A stretch of DNA of 63,225 bases, counting the filler, from Octopus bimaculoides (lineage: Eukaryota): NCBI RefSeq assembly GCF_001194135.2. It is 4 parts of 4 records of this genome, joined end to end, with 100 filler letters (N's around TTAATTAATTAA, not from the genome) between each part and the next. Parts side by side here need not be neighbours in the genome. Positions count along the whole stretch, not along the records: positions 39,359 to 58,952 come from NC_068984.1; 3 more parts are not named here. One strand, 5' to 3'. The notes under the pieces were generated by a model, which did not search any database, was not told the origin of the DNA, and saw only the letters and a program-made list of their open reading frames with translations. Numbering within the stretch: the stretch's first letter is position 1; each line of letters starts with the position of its first letter. Made by a program: the position numbers and the translations under genes. This document shows positions 41,973 through 53,792 of the stretch, piece after piece.

Positions 41973-44869
41973 TATGATAAGCAGATTGTTTTTGATGTTG
42001 ATCCTATATGAATACGGTAGCAACATTGCTTGAAAAGGATTGATGCGAGTGGTCTTCAAAAGGAAATTACAGCCATTGGCTTTACATAAAATATCCTACG
42101 GTCAGAATCAGTGGACTGTTTAGTTTACAATTTGTATCGCATACAAAGCTGATTGGATAAATAATATATTCGTTAATGTGCTTGCATTCTTGATGTTTTT
42201 CCCAAACCACCTCAGCTAATGACGAAAGAGTGTTCAGAAGCGAACACTCTTAAAGTACTCGCATATTGAAGAATTGCGTTTTCTTCCTGTATATTCTATC
42301 ACTGCAACAGCATAGCAGAAAACTTCCGATCCATATTATTAGGAAAAGGTTGAGTAGATTGCTTTTGTTTCACGTTTCTCTTTCAAGATACTATTAAAGG
42401 ACAAGGGAGTATTGGTAAGAGATCTCTTGTGAGTCTTTTTGAAGAAGAAATCTCTTGTGGATCTTTTTGAAGACACCATACTGTTGATTACAGAGAAGGG
42501 AAAGAGATTCAGAATAGTGGAAAACAACCGATAGTTTATGATGTTTTCTATTTTTGTAGAGATGCTGAAAGTTATGAGACAGTAATTTGTAGGGTGAAAG
42601 ATTTCTATATAGGACACGTTGTGTCTGTGTGTGTGAGTGTGTGAGTGTGTGTGTGTGTGTGTTTGTGTGTTTGTGTGTTTATATCAAAGGGTAAATACAC
42701 TTGGAGAAAAAGGGGTGGAGAGAAGGAGGGAGAAAAGGAGGAAAGAAAGAAAGTGGAAGAAAGAGGGGAAATAGAGTGGGAGAGAGAGGAGCTTAAATAT
42801 TTTTAATATTTGGTAAGGTGATAGGTCATGTCAGTATTGAAAATTATTTTGTTGGAATTCTTCAGGTACAGTTGTTTTATAGTAGTTAAGTGATCGATAA
42901 ATTTTTCAAACAACCTGGTGGTTGAGTGCAAAGAAGGTAAAGATTGTAGGCTTAAGAAGGAGATTCCATGAATTTATTTGTTGTGCGAGTGCAGTCTGAG
43001 ACAGAGATAACAACTAATGTAGAAATGATGTCTGCCTGAGAGCAGATTACAGAACCGTCTGGTTTGAGGACTGGTTGATAGGTTACTTCATTATTTCGGG
43101 TAAGGTGACAATACCTAGGTCACTCCTGACTAAGATGAGAATGGTGGAAAGAGTGAGCAGAAAGAGCAGCAAATTAGAAAATGAGAAAATATAGGGACAA
43201 GAAAGAAGGTGCACAAACACAAATTGTGTTTGTGTTTAATAAATATACAAAGAGATTCATCCACCCCTACTAGCTTTGCTCTGTTTAATGTCAAATTAAT
43301 TCGAATTGTGTACATTAGGAAGTCTCTACTTACCTCTAACAGAAACTCTTCAGCGAATAAAAGGTTAATTTAGTAGAAAAATATACCGAACATAAACGAA
43401 ATGCAGTCACTGAACATGGAAAAAGATATCAAAAATATTTTGCTGATTCTATTTGCGCTGCGTAGTTATTATTTGACCCTGTGTTAGCCATGACTGAGTA
43501 AATCTTCGAACAATGACTTCCGGTTGTGACCATCATGTCTTATTTCTAAACACAGAGTACTCTAGCTTCCAATGTGTATTTCCATAAAGAAAAAAACAAT
43601 TAAGTGTGATTTGTCTAACACATCACTAGAGCTTGGTTCATGTTTGCTTCTAAAGTTGAATCTCTACGATTCATTGGAATCCACTAATGTTTTGCTGATC
43701 ATTGATTCATATTTATTGAAAATTTAGTTAACTTCTTTAATTTTGATATTTAATTATTCTCTATTTTTCATATGTGAGAATTCGATCCCAGTAATCTATG
43801 TAATCAGGCTACTTTCTCAAACCAATGGAAGTAAGGCAGGAGAGGTTTGTCAAAGAATATAAACTCACGATTTTTCTGTCGAAAGATGGCAACTTATTCA
43901 CGCGGAAATTTTAAACTCATAAATTTCTTAAGTCGTAGATATAATACAAAGCTCGGGAAAGTATTCGTCTCTAAGTGGTCGTCTTCATAATGGCTAGAAG
44001 CAATAAATCGTTCAACATAAGAGAGATGTTACTAAAGAAATAGAGAAATCGGAATAAGAATTTTGTCGAAATATTATTATCTGTTTGTGATCGATAATCT
44101 GTCAGATTGGGCAAAAAAAAACCCCTCTGCAACACTGCATGTGAAACAGACAAATGATGTTTTTTAATAATAACATTTTTCAGATTTTATAAATTAAATA
44201 AATTGAATCAAGCTGGGTATCTAAACTAATCTCTATCACACCAACTTTTCTCGGTAAGGCTTTGGTGACATAATTAAAAAGAACACTTTTCTTCCTTTCT
44301 AATTAAACCCTAAAGAAAGTGGATTTTAAAATGTTAAACTGATAATTAGACAGCCTAATGAGTGACATCATGATTAGCTTGTTCTCGTAATTAGCAAAGA
44401 GCGTAAGATAGAAAGGATGATGATGAAAGAGCTGGGCTATTGGTTGTGATAGCTTTCTTCTTCGATTATAATAACACCTGCTGTTTCAAGTCCTTTCAAG
44501 ACAAAAATCAATAAACCAGTAAGCACACCTTTTCTCCTCGGTCAAGCGGTTTTTATATACTCTTAAAGAGAGCTTTGCAAATATTTGTTCATATATGTTA
44601 CTTTATATCTCGAGTGAGTATTTGTTGGGTGGTTTTGTTGTTTTAAAGTGTTTCTTCCAGCTTTTCACCAATCAAAATTTCTCTGATATATTTCTGCAGA
44701 ACTTTAAATAATTTTCATGATATACTTTCGAATGCATTGATTCTCTGGGAGTCAAACGTTCACTGTGAAATTAGATTAAACCTTCTCCGCAGATACTGAA
44801 AACAGAAAAAAAATCAAAAACGAAAGAAAACAACAAATCGGCTTAATTGTAAACTGAAAATCTTACAAG

Positions 44870-45194
44870 ATGACGCCATTTTCCTCCCTGGCAGTTATAT
44901 TATTACTATCAATATTTCAAGATGCCGAAACAAACAACCAATCAAAACAAAAGATATTCTACTCAATGCCATCTTACCGATTCTATTCCCCACCTGGTTC
45001 ACGCGATGATTTAGGAACATATCCTTGCGAATCTGCTCAACACGGAACAATGATTTGTCTTTCTGTGCAAAGTTGTTGCTGTTTCGTTTTTAAAAAGAAT
45101 AGGAATCCTTCATGTAAGTTATACAGTTTCCTTCCGGAATATGGATCGTCTTTAGAATATGACTCCAATTACCAGCTGTATTACTCTTTAGAAG
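44870..45194 (+). CDS. Exon 1 (coding) of a 293-aa secreted protein: signal peptide plus PAN/Apple-like module
   Basis: ATG at 44870 follows an in-frame TGA at 44855-44857. It reads MTPFSSLAVILLLSIFQDAET (hydrophobic N-terminus)...YPCESAQHGTMICLSVQSCCCFVFKKNRNPSCKLYS...YYSLE, then G|gtaagg. 325 nt, phase 1, matching the next exon. A candidate 5'UTR acceptor ccttctccgcag ends at 44792. Confidence 0.85.
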
Positions 45195-45339
45195 GTAAGG
45201 ATTACTAAAATACAGTTTGTAATTTGTTGAAAAGGATTACTGTACTTATTGCACTTCTTAAATTTTTAAATTTCAAAAGCTATATTATTGAAAAAAAATC
45301 CTAAAAAGAAACTGACATATATGTATCTGGGTAGTAATA

Positions 45340-45545
45340 ATCTTTTTTACTATAGACCTGAAATTTTGGGGGAGGGGGTCTTGTCGTTTAGATCGGCCTC
45401 CAGTGCTCAACTGGTATTTATTTTATCGATCTCAAAATGACGAAAGGAAAAGTCGACCTGGGTGGAATTTGAACTCAGAAAATAAAGACGGACAAAATAC
45501 CGCTAAGCATTTTTGTCCGGAGTACTAACAATTCTTCCAGATCGC
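45340..45545 (-). mobile_element. SINE family B in intron 1
   Basis: aaagtcgacctgggtggaatttgaactcagaa...ccgctaagcatttt. Confidence 0.8.
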
Positions 45546-46767
45546 TGCCTTTGAATAAAGTCGTAATAATGAAAAATGACGCGCCCACCCTGCAATACTT
45601 GTCTTGCTCTGAATGCTGGCAACCCAGGCTATGTCATCAGCTAAGATTTCTCACGACAGTGTCTAATAAAGAAACATTAAATCCACTATCTGATTATTCA
45701 AGGTAACACATAAAGTCTGATTATACAAGATAAGATTCAATTTTTGTATATATAAGATAAAATCAAATTTATTTAAGATACAAACTTACACAATGTCTTG
45801 GCAGTGTTAAATCTACTAAATGAATTTAATATCACCTCATTGTTTAGTGAAAGTAAAATTTTAACCATTGTATATTTGACACAAAATGAAATTTACTGTA
45901 CTTTTTAAAAACTGTTGTCTGCATATTTAAGTGAACCAGTGAATCATAGATTGTCGCTTCATACCCTGCAGGTATGCAACAACAACAATTACAGCGGTAA
46001 CAACAATAATAAGGATCCTTTCTACTGTGAAACACATTTCTGGAATACCTTTTCACGGTCTTCAAAAGTCATCAGGACACATGTCCAGAAAGGCCCTTCC
46101 ACCTAGATACAGGTTTCGATACAGTGCCTTAAAAATGACAAGCCAACTGTCAACGTCTTCTCTGACGTCTTTTATGGTGATCTTCGGATTACTTCAGTCC
46201 ATATTTTGTGGGAATTAGCTTATGAGCAGACCTGTGAAGTGCTAGTTTACCGTGTCTTCTCGCTCTGTCCTCAGTTTTAAACAGGAGACATGTATTTCCA
46301 CATGGTGTGTCCTACTCGATAGAAGAGATCGTACCCCACATATCGGCTAGATCTACTTCCAGTAGTCCTTTCAGGAAGGTACAAGGAAAGCATCTACAAC
46401 TTTCTAGATGAGAAAATAATTTAGTTCTTTCCTTTCTGATGACTTCGAGAAAACATGCACTTGCTTTGGTTTTATTGTGCTGTCACAATAGTTCAACCTT
46501 CAGCGAGATTACCTACTGCAAACATTTGTCTATTGCTTGTAGCGTTAGCGAAGGACGAACATTTTAGATATACGCTTTTGTTTGGGAAAATGTATGTGTA
46601 GTTAAATATTTTGTTTTCAGACGTGTCGTCGGAATTGTTCACATCAATTTTATTGTCTACAGAAGTGTCATTGTTTTCTTTTCTTTTCTTTTATTTTGTG
46701 CGAGTCTTTCTGTAAAATATCCTTGCTAGTCTTTTTCCTTTGAAATATTCTAAGTTTTCAGTATTAT

Positions 46768-46828
<61 letters not shown>

Positions 46829-46858
46829 CACGACGACGACGACAACGATGATGATTAA

Positions 46859-46917
<59 letters not shown>

Positions 46918-46927
46918 CAACAACAAC

Positions 46928-47155
46928 ATGTCTCAGAGAAATCCAAAAGATTGTACTGACAAGTACTGCCCCACATCCTGAGAAAAACCCTATCAATTTA
47001 AATGTCTGTGTTGTATTACATGAAGATATTTCGCTACTTCCCCCTTCCCAAGCTTTCAATCATACTGTAACATCTCTTATCCATCACTCGCCCCAGGACA
47101 CTGGGTGTGTCTCGGCAAGTGACTGTAACAAACATGCAGATTAAAAGTAAAAAGT
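46928..47155 (+). mobile_element. R4/Dong-type 3' end after (TAA)n
   Basis: CLREIQKIVLTSTA.H, with the 3'UTR motif gtctcggcaag. Confidence 0.65.
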
Positions 47156-47202
47156 AATAATAATAATAGCTATTATTATTATCATCATTATTGTTGTTGT
47201 TG

Positions 47203-47292
<90 letters not shown>

Positions 47293-47294
<2 letters not shown>

Positions 47295-47433
47295 TTATGT
47301 TTGACTTTTGCTTTGCATTTGTACAAGTTGGATCCAAGTCTCACCCAGAGACCTCAAGAGACAACAAGTCAGAAGTTCATGTAGGTGTTATGCCTAAGGT
47401 ACCATATATTTGGATTTGTACATAGTTTTGTTC
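47293..47433 (-). mobile_element. Probable LINE 3' end inserted in (TTA)n in opposite orientation
   Basis: A 140-bp unique segment flanked by (TTA)n on both sides; the minus strand ends ...aaagtcaaacataaaataataat. Clade not established. Confidence 0.45.
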
Positions 47434-47461
<28 letters not shown>

Positions 47462-47464
<3 letters not shown>

Positions 47465-47900
47465 GATCAAAATGAGTATTCCTTGTGATCATAATATCTG
47501 GCAAAAGGGGTTTGACTAAGCTCAGAAAATATAGAGATTTGCTAATCGAAATCTAAAAAGATTTCACATCTCAAGGCGATGAGAATACCAGTAATTGTAG
47601 CAGCACTAGGAATGATAAAAAAACAGGAACGGAATAGATATTTGAGAATGATCCCTGGCTTATCATCTTTGCAAGAAGTGCAAAAGATTGTCTTAACCGA
47701 CACGTTACACGTATTTTGAAGAGCATTGATGCTTATCATCCATTTAATTTTTTTTTTCACATAACTTTATTTGATTTTGTAAATGAACAATCAGGCGTGT
47801 TTATTTTAATGGCCTATCAATGTATACAGTGAGTTTCTTTGCCCTAGGGGTCGGATAAACACTCGGCAAGAAATGGAAACAGAACTGAAAGAAGAAGAAA
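47462..47900 (+). mobile_element. R4/Dong-type 3' end, same family as 37620-38243
   Basis: Shares taccagtaattgtag.agcact.ggaatgataaaaaaa and the 3'UTR atggcct..caatgt.ta.agt.agtttct.tgcccta...actcggcaagaaatggaaacagaactgaaagaaga. Confidence 0.85.
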
Positions 47901-47955
47901 AAAATTAATAATAATAATAATGATAATAATAATAATTATAATAATAAAAATATTC

Positions 47956-48160
47956 AGATAAATACATAAAAAAAAACACCAGGACTTACAAATATATATA
48001 ACATACAGAAAATTGCACTACTGGGCACTGCACACATCCTACGCAAAACACTTTCAATACAGTAACCATAAAGAGCATCACAGCAAACCACAGCACGTAC
48101 CCAAGGCACACAGAGCTGCGCTCGGTAGTGAAGTGAAAGCACTCTATAAAAATAAAACTA

Positions 48161-48163
<3 letters not shown>
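47956..48163 (+). mobile_element. R4/Dong-type 3' end, same tail as the 53793 copy
   Basis: DKYIKKTPGLTNIYNIQKIALLGTAHILRKTLSIQ*. The tail tataaaaataaaactactg-(AAT)n also occurs at 54463-54483. Confidence 0.85.
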
Positions 48164-48246
<83 letters not shown>

Positions 48247-48322
48247 AGAAACAATGTCAAAAATATTTTCTTTGAGCTTCATTTAGCATCTGTTTTAACG
48301 GAAAATAGCATTTGTTTTGTAG

Positions 48323-48495
48323 ATCACAAACATAGTTGGATACAAGTGTTTGAATCCGTCGCTGGCACAAGCAGAAACCCTTATGAACTATATAACTCAC
48401 CTTTGAGCGGAGTGTGGAAGGCATCCAATAACTATTCACTTAGTGTCTTTAAAAGTTCTTTGATTGAAAATTGGGCTTCGCTTCACGTGCAAGAG
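48323..48495 (+). CDS. Exon 2 of the PAN-like plus unknown-domain gene
   Basis: Acceptor gcatttgttttgtag, donor GAG|gtattt. 173 nt, phase 1 to 0. Reads (D)HKHSWIQVFESVAGTSRNPYELYNSPLSGVWKASNNYSLSVFKSSLIENWASLHVQE with no stops. Confidence 0.9.
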
Positions 48496-48571
48496 GTATT
48501 TCATTCAATTCTACAACTATATAACTCTACGTACATATCTATCTATCTATCTGTCTTCCTATCTCTCTATA

Positions 48572-48604
<33 letters not shown>

Positions 48605-48679
48605 GTCTGTCTGTCTGTCTGTCTGTCTGCCTGTCNNNNNNNNNNNNNNNNNNNNNNNNNNNNNNNNNNNTATATATAT

Positions 48680-48713
<34 letters not shown>

Positions 48714-49405
48714 ATACAAAAATGGGACAAGGATGCAAAACATCCAGACAGTTAGGTGAAACAAAAAAGGGACAACAAAATATCCAGACAGACGATACAA
48801 GGAAAACAAGGACGGATCATTCGGAGTTTTCTATCCTCAGTCGAGTTCCTGATTACCTATGCAATTTCGGCTGGTTATATATATATACATATATATACAC
48901 ACACATAGGTGTAAGAAGAACAAGCAGTTGTGTGTGTGTATACATATAAAATTTCAGGGTTCAAAAGAATCAGGTACTTAAATACTAAAGCACCAAGATC
49001 AGGGCGGTGATATCACTATCATGTACAAATAATGTTTCAGTGCAAATACGTACTTACTAAAGTAAACACGGATTTGTACTTCGGTTGTGCGTACAATCAC
49101 AAATGGCCGATTGAATATACAACGAGTCGTCAAGCTAGCACATGGGAACACTCGCTGCACCCTTTGCACTGCACTCAATAGACTCTAGAAAAAAAAAGCG
49201 AATTGCAGGTTCCGAGTTAGGTGAATGATAAACAAATAACAACAAATAAATTGTGGTTCACTACAGCTGTTTCAGACATACTTTTATATTGATGAATAGA
49301 AAACTTTTGTTTTTTTTATGCATGATGTAATATTTCTATTCATCAATGAAAAACATGTTTGAAACAGCTGTAGTGAACCACATTTCATCTGTGTTATTTA
49401 TGTAT

Positions 49406-49469
<64 letters not shown>

Positions 49470-49633
49470 ATGTATCAAAGTCTCTGCTTGTAAATGAGCA
49501 ACTGTTCGTAAACATCTGAGGAAAGGCTTTGTTTCTGATTACCATTGTACATGACTATTCAATTCTATGTGTTTTAATTAACAGCCTTTTTTTTACCAAG
49601 GTCGTGGCTTATCATATCCAATAATATTTCCAG

Positions 49634-49797
49634 GTTAAATTCGTTCTTGAGCAAGACAATCAAATAGTGGTGAGTATGATATTTGATGGAAAACAGAGCA
49701 ACAAAATGAACTGGTTTTGCCTCAATCGTCTGATTAAATCGTCGCCTTGGACTGACCTTAAGACAAATAAACCTAGTATTTTTAGTATAATCGGAGA
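49634..49797 (+). CDS. Exon 3 of the PAN-like plus unknown-domain gene
   Basis: Acceptor aataatatttccag, donor GA|gtgagt. 164 nt, phase 0 to 2. Reads VKFVLEQDNQIVVSMIFDGKQSNKMNWFCLNRLIKSSPWTDLKTNKPSIFSIIG. Confidence 0.92.
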
Positions 49798-50047
49798 GTG
49801 AGTATATATATTGTTTACTAATAAATCAACATCTTTTTTTGTTTGTTTTGATAGTCAGTTAAGTCCAGTCTACAAATACTTTAGACCAACAATTAGGTTG
49901 ACAAATATAGGAAGTACAAGTTTTACAAAGAAAATTTATCTGCTTACACACACACACNNNNNNNNNNNNNNNNNNNNNNNNNNNNNNNNNNNNNNNNNNN
50001 NNNNNNNNNNNNNNNNNNNNNNNNNNNNNNNNNCACACACATTTATA

Positions 50048-50837
50048 AAGATTATAAATCTGGAAAAGTACAGGTCAAGTTATTACATCTGGTAAAGTAC
50101 AGAACAAGAAAATTTTTACTTAAAATATTGCAGCTAAGGATAAAATTTGAATATAAAAAATTATTTGATTTTAATTTACAAAGTAACATCATAATTACAA
50201 AAGGTACCATCATTTTGTTGAAATATTGACACACTAGAATACTTTAAAAAATGAGAGCTAGAAGTACCAATATAGCTAAAATTTTATGCAAAGTAGAATA
50301 GTATATATGGTAGGCAAATTCATTATGTTTTAAATTGACATTGGGTCAAGACTAAAAATGTGAAAAATTGGCAATACCTTGAGCAATAATTCGAGCAAAT
50401 TTTACTGTGAATTTGTTGTTATAGGTAGATTTTATTGTAATATATAACTAATTTTTGCATTATTCCATTTATTGTACTAACTAATTATGTATTACTATTA
50501 TTTTTTATAAGCTATTTTCAAATTTCTAATTAATAATCTTTATAAAATGCAAAAAATATTTTGAGTTATTTTTACTTTACAATAGAAGTAAGAAATAATA
50601 ACAAATAGAAGTAATAACTTGTAATAAAATTTTTAGTTTTAATAAAAGCTAATATTTTCTAGATCTAAATATTTTATTTGAAATTTTATCCTTAGCTGCA
50701 ATTTTTACGTAAAAATTTTCTTGTTCTGTACTTTACAAGATGTAAACACTTGTCCTGAACTTTTCCGAGTGTCCTGTACTTTTCCGAGTGTCCTGTACTT
50801 TTCCGAGTATACTGTACTTTTCCAGATTTATAATCTT
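50048..50837. mobile_element. Foldback/MITE-like element with long terminal inverted repeats in intron 3
   Basis: 50048-~50160 is inverse to ~50668-50837. The right arm has a 19-bp unit gtcctgtacttttccgagt three times plus a partial fourth. Confidence 0.8.
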
Positions 50838-50954
50838 AAGACTATTATTTCTCTTGCTCACATTTTTCCATGTAATTATATAATATATAAACCCTACAGT
50901 TATCGAACTTCAATTTTCTTCAATACCAAAACAACTTCGAACTTTTTTTTTCAG

Positions 50955-51127
50955 AGATTCTATTTACAAAAGACGGTTTTATATCAATAAGGAATACGGC
51001 CGCTGTAAAAAGGATGTAGGCTGGCTTCTGGTCAGAGACGATAAAAAGGGCATGGTTTGTTCCTTTGCAGCCTCTAAATTTCCAATCTTCTTATTTTCTC
51101 CGGTGAAAACCTCCACTTATCTTGAAG
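50955..51127 (+). CDS. Exon 4 of the PAN-like plus unknown-domain gene
   Basis: Acceptor actttttttttcag, donor G|gtgagt. 173 nt, phase 2 to 1. Reads (E)DSIYKRRFYINKEYGRCKKDVGWLLVRDDKKGMVCSFAASKFPIFLFSPVKTSTYLE. Confidence 0.92.
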
Positions 51128-51689
51128 GTGAGTCTATATTTGAGTTTATCACTTCCACCTACCATCGCCACAAACATACACATTACTGATCCAGCCATTT
51201 CAGCAGGCTGAGGTCGTTGATATTCTTTTGTAAGAAAATAAACAACACAAACTCTGCTAAGAAATTCACAGCAGGCATGGATGTTTGCTTAAGAATTGCA
51301 CCTCGTGACTTCGTGGGTTCAATTCAACTGTGCGGCATATTTCACAACCGAAGCGTTGAGACTGGAATTTAGTAGACTGAAACTGTGTGGAAGCGGGTCA
51401 GGTGGACCTTTCTTGTTGAATGGTAGACTTAAGCTGTTACCTTCTCTAAGCAGACTCTACTTAGTTGCAAGCATTTAGGCCAGGACCTCTGGTTTCAGGA
51501 GACTCGGACCTCTCTTCCATTCACCTGTCTCAAGGATTCTGGAAAAGAGCATGAATGTTGACCTTCGCATTTGAATACCCAGGCTAAGTACCTTCTTCCA
51601 GTTGTGGAATCCAGTCGAAGCCACCAGTTTAGAGTCGGCCATTCAATCAGCCCTCAACCATTTTAACAACCACAACAACAACAACAATC

Positions 51690-51830
51690 CTTTCTACTAT
51701 AGACATAAGGCTTGAGGTTTTGGGGGAAGGGCTACTCGATTATATCGATCCCACTGCACATCTGGTACTTACTTTATCAACCCTGAAAGGTTAAAAGGCA
51801 AAATGGACCTCAGCGAAATTTGAACTCAGG
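51690..51830 (-). mobile_element. SINE family B in intron 4
   Basis: atcctttctactatagacataaggc...ggtacttactttatc...aaatttgaactcag. Confidence 0.75.
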
Positions 51831-51839
51831 ACGTACATT

Positions 51840-53420
51840 AAGTCTGGTACTGGTGTGGCTGCTGTTGAGGAAGATCTTTAAGTATTTGTTTTCCTTCGTA
51901 TCTCTTCCTTCTGGTCATACCTGCCAGTTTTTTTGTGTTGATGTCGGTATTGGTTTATTTCTTTTTCTTTTGTTCGATCTCCGAACCTTTTCCCACTTTG
52001 GCTCTTCCTGCTCCTCCTCACCGCAGGACATGTCTGATTGCTCTGAACACGGGAGGAGAAAATCTTGCGGAGCTTTTTGTGGTTTTTCTGTTGATAAATT
52101 TTGTGTTGTTGTTTTGAGCGATTCTGATGCTGTTGTTTTTGCTGCTGTCGATGTTGGTTATTTTTCTACAGTTGTTTCCATTGTTGGTTTTGGTGTTGTT
52201 GCTGCTACTGCTGTCGGTGCTTCTGTGATTGCAGTTGTTGCTACTACTGTTGTCTTTGCAGCTGCAGTTGCTTGCTTCTGCTGTTGTTGTTGTGGTTGTG
52301 GTGGTGAAGATGGTGATAGTGGTGGTGGTGGTGGTAGTGGTGGAAGTAGTGGTGTTAGCTAAAACGAAGGTCTCTCTTCTCTTTTTTTTGTTGTTGTGGG
52401 CAGAAGGCCTTTAGATAGTTTGTGCCCCGCACAGGTGACATTTTGGTTTTCTGCCCGCGATAGCCACGTGAAGTTTTGTGGCATCCAGTAGACTTATGTA
52501 ATCCGGGATAGCCTCAACGCTTTTCTGGTCAGCTTGTATTAAAAGCTGCATCCCTTGACCTAACCAGTTCTGCTTGTGAATCTTTTGTATCCGTAGAATC
52601 TTGGTTTTCTTTTCTATGTCAAGGAGAATAGCAGCCACTAACCAGCAGATGTCAATCTCTGATGGGATGTTCAGTATTCTAAATAGGAATGAGGTAAATA
52701 GGAATGAGAATTATTTCATCACTCGTTAGGGTAGCTGTCGTGTGATTTTTTGCTTTCTCCTCTGAGGCGAACCTTACCTCGATAGTCCCATATTTCTTCC
52801 CCCGGGCATATAGGTCTTGCTCTTCCACATCGGTTTTAAGCATTTCTCTATTTCTTTCTGTGTTGCCTGTTATACTTCCCTGATTTTCGCCAATTGTTTT
52901 AAATAGAACTCTCCGTAAATTAATGTCTTGCTGGACAGTTCTAGGAATGTTTAGTACCACATTTCTGTCACATTTCTCCAACATGCATTTTGTATTCTTG
53001 AACTCATTTTCATCTAAATAAAATATCTTCACTTACTTGTCGAGTCGCTTACGCAAAGTTGAAACTGGTCCGACTGGATTTGCATGCTTCGATTTCGTTG
53101 TTTTCTTTTTTTTTTTTCGTTAATTATGTTGGTAATGGTGGTGGTGGTGTTGGATCTGCTGCTGGCACCAGGGGTAGCGGTGGAGGTGGCAGTGTTTTCA
53201 CTTGTGTTGTTGCTTTTCATCATTTTCTTTTGTTCTTGCGATGGTGAAGGGGAGATCAAAAGCAAGTGAAATTAATTTTCATATGTTTCATGTGTGCTAT
53301 TGTTCTTGTTGTTGCTATAGCAGTCGTTATCTTTCACGACTTGGCTGTTCTCTCTTCCGGACAACTGGCTGTTCTTATCAGCAAACGGACAGTTTTCGAT
53401 CTTTGATTTTAGCAAAAACA
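51840..53420 (-). mobile_element. Tx1/L1-type LINE ORF1 (gag-like) relic with 5'UTR, no ORF2
   Basis: Frameshifted ...LYARGKKYGTIEVRFASEEKAK (RRM-like) and VAIAGRKPKCHLCGAQT (zinc-knuckle start), then a low-complexity tail ending ...PHQYQT*. Confidence 0.6.
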
Positions 53421-53792
53421 AAAAAACAAAAACAAAAAAAAAGAAGAAGAAGAGGGATGTCTTAGCCCAAACAAACACTAAAATAGTCTCTAAGGGCTAC
53501 AGATGGAGAAGAACTAACCAGTTTCCCAAGGTCCTGGTTTGTTTAACAAAGTAACAATAACAAATGTACGATGTGTAACAATGTATAACAATACGAATAA
53601 CAGTAAAACTTACGGAGCAATGTGCAGCAAGTGTCGACAGACGAACAATAACTACAACAGTAACAACAACAATAATAATCCTTTCTACTATAGGCACAAG
53701 GCCTGATAGTTTGGGGGAGGGGGCCAGTCGATTAAATCGACTCCAAAGGGATGAAAGGTAAAGTCGACTTCGGCGGAATTTGAACTCAGAAC

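Noticed and set aside
42339-43315. Purine-skewed stretch with minus-strand ORFs, suggestive of a decayed retroelement
   Set aside because: No diagnostic RT or endonuclease motif could be read.
46436-46460. CTGATGA-cttcga-GAAA hammerhead-like core
   Set aside because: It lacks the G-C closing pair of stem II, and no stem I or III pairing is visible.
50752-50827. 19-bp tandem repeats as a CRISPR array
   Set aside because: There are no spacers, the context is eukaryotic, and the repeats are part of a terminal inverted repeat.
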